Source: Chlorokybus atmophyticus | Lineage: Eukaryota; Plantae; Mesostigma and Chlorokybus algae | Assembly: GCA_009103225.1 (NCBI GenBank) | Contig: RHPI01002910.1 | Span: 257,645-321,644 of the forward strand | Direction of reading: 5' to 3' | DNA length: 64,000 nucleotides | Part shown: positions 63,401-64,000 of the stretch, in pieces | How positions within the stretch are numbered: position 1 is the stretch's first letter | Layout of the letters: each line of letters begins with the position of its first letter | The notes under the pieces: model-generated | Database searches by the model: none | What the model saw: only the letters and a program-made list of their open reading frames with translations | Told to the model about the DNA's origin: nothing | Translations under genes and position numbers: made by a program

Positions 63401-64000
63401 GCTGTTGACGATGCGCCTGCCTCTTTACGCGCACATCTTTATGGTTGAACACGCGATGGCGATGGGGTGTCTCTGTTGCGTTTCGGTGCCATCCAGGCCC
63501 ATCGGGCAACGTAGCAGGCTTGGTAGCTTTGCTCCTTGTCTTCTTCAAGCTGAGCCACTTGTGCTATAAGGGCCGCGACTAGGTTGACAGCTGATGAGCT
63601 GGCTGATGCTTTTATAGCAGCACATCCAATGCGCGGGCGTCCCTCGGGTCCCTTGCGCTGTGGAGGGCGGTTCTTCCCTCCGTAACTAGTTCCCTGTTTT
63701 CAAGCGCCGGCGTGGTTGTTGGGGTTGTGGCCGCCAGCGTTGTTGCCGTTGTTGTGACCACCAGCGTTGTTGCTATTGTTGTAGCCACCTGCGTTGCTGT
63801 TGTTGTAGTCCCCGCCGTTATTGTTGTTATTGTTGTTGTTGCTGCGATAGCCACCAACGTTGTTACTGTTGTTGTAGCCAATAGAGGGCCGCAGCTCGGG
63901 GAACTTGAGCCAACATACTGCTTCCAAATGTCCCGTCTTGTGGCAGTAGTCGTACACAAAATTGCCATACTCTTCGGTGCACTCCTTTTAGTAGTGTCCA

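Larger units (their letters stand above)
55450..64000 (-). mobile_element. Degraded Ty3/Gypsy retrotransposon: gag(Zn knuckle)-PR-DNMT-RT-RH-INT-PHD. LTRs were not identified; the part above 62.6 kb could be a second element
   Basis: CCHC YDYCHKTGHLEAVC (~63910-63955); protease LDTGAQPVI (~61120); RT RMCGNY.PLN, LDMR*GYNQI, MPFGPKNAP, YIDDILIFS; [26 protein letters not shown]; INT IVIEHFSKW, TDQGIEFRGEF, GLAERAVQT. The RT-RH-INT order is Gypsy type. Confidence 0.92.

Overview
Intron-rich eukaryotic nuclear DNA of roughly 50-55% GC. It is most likely a green alga, plausibly an early-diverging streptophyte; this is inferred from plant-like PEX10/RPN8/SRT2 sequences, intron style and a DNMT-bearing Ty3/Gypsy element. 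Host genes are an SRT2/SIRT4-type sirtuin, an EVE-domain (THYN1-like) protein, PEX10 and RPN8 (head-to-head), and a large secreted GSDH(PQQ beta-propeller)-PKD-Pro-rich-LamG protein of bacterial appearance. A ~4.5-5.5 kb block (sirtuin 3' part plus an orphan membrane-protein gene) is duplicated ~24 kb downstream. Three degraded but unusual mobile elements are present. (1) A >=12 kb Helitron2/Helentron-type element with RepHel, an apparently intact intronless GIY-YIG endonuclease ORF, several spliced accessory genes (including a Zn-finger/coiled-coil/RING gene) and recurring heat-shock-element-like motif arrays. (2) An intron-containing Crypton-type tyrosine-recombinase element. (3) A Ty3/Gypsy retrotransposon with a C5 DNA methyltransferase between protease and RT and a PHD finger after integrase. 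Two N-gaps and a single N, all flanked by poly-C/G, mark assembly-uncertain junctions. Exon boundaries were read by eye and no database searches were run.
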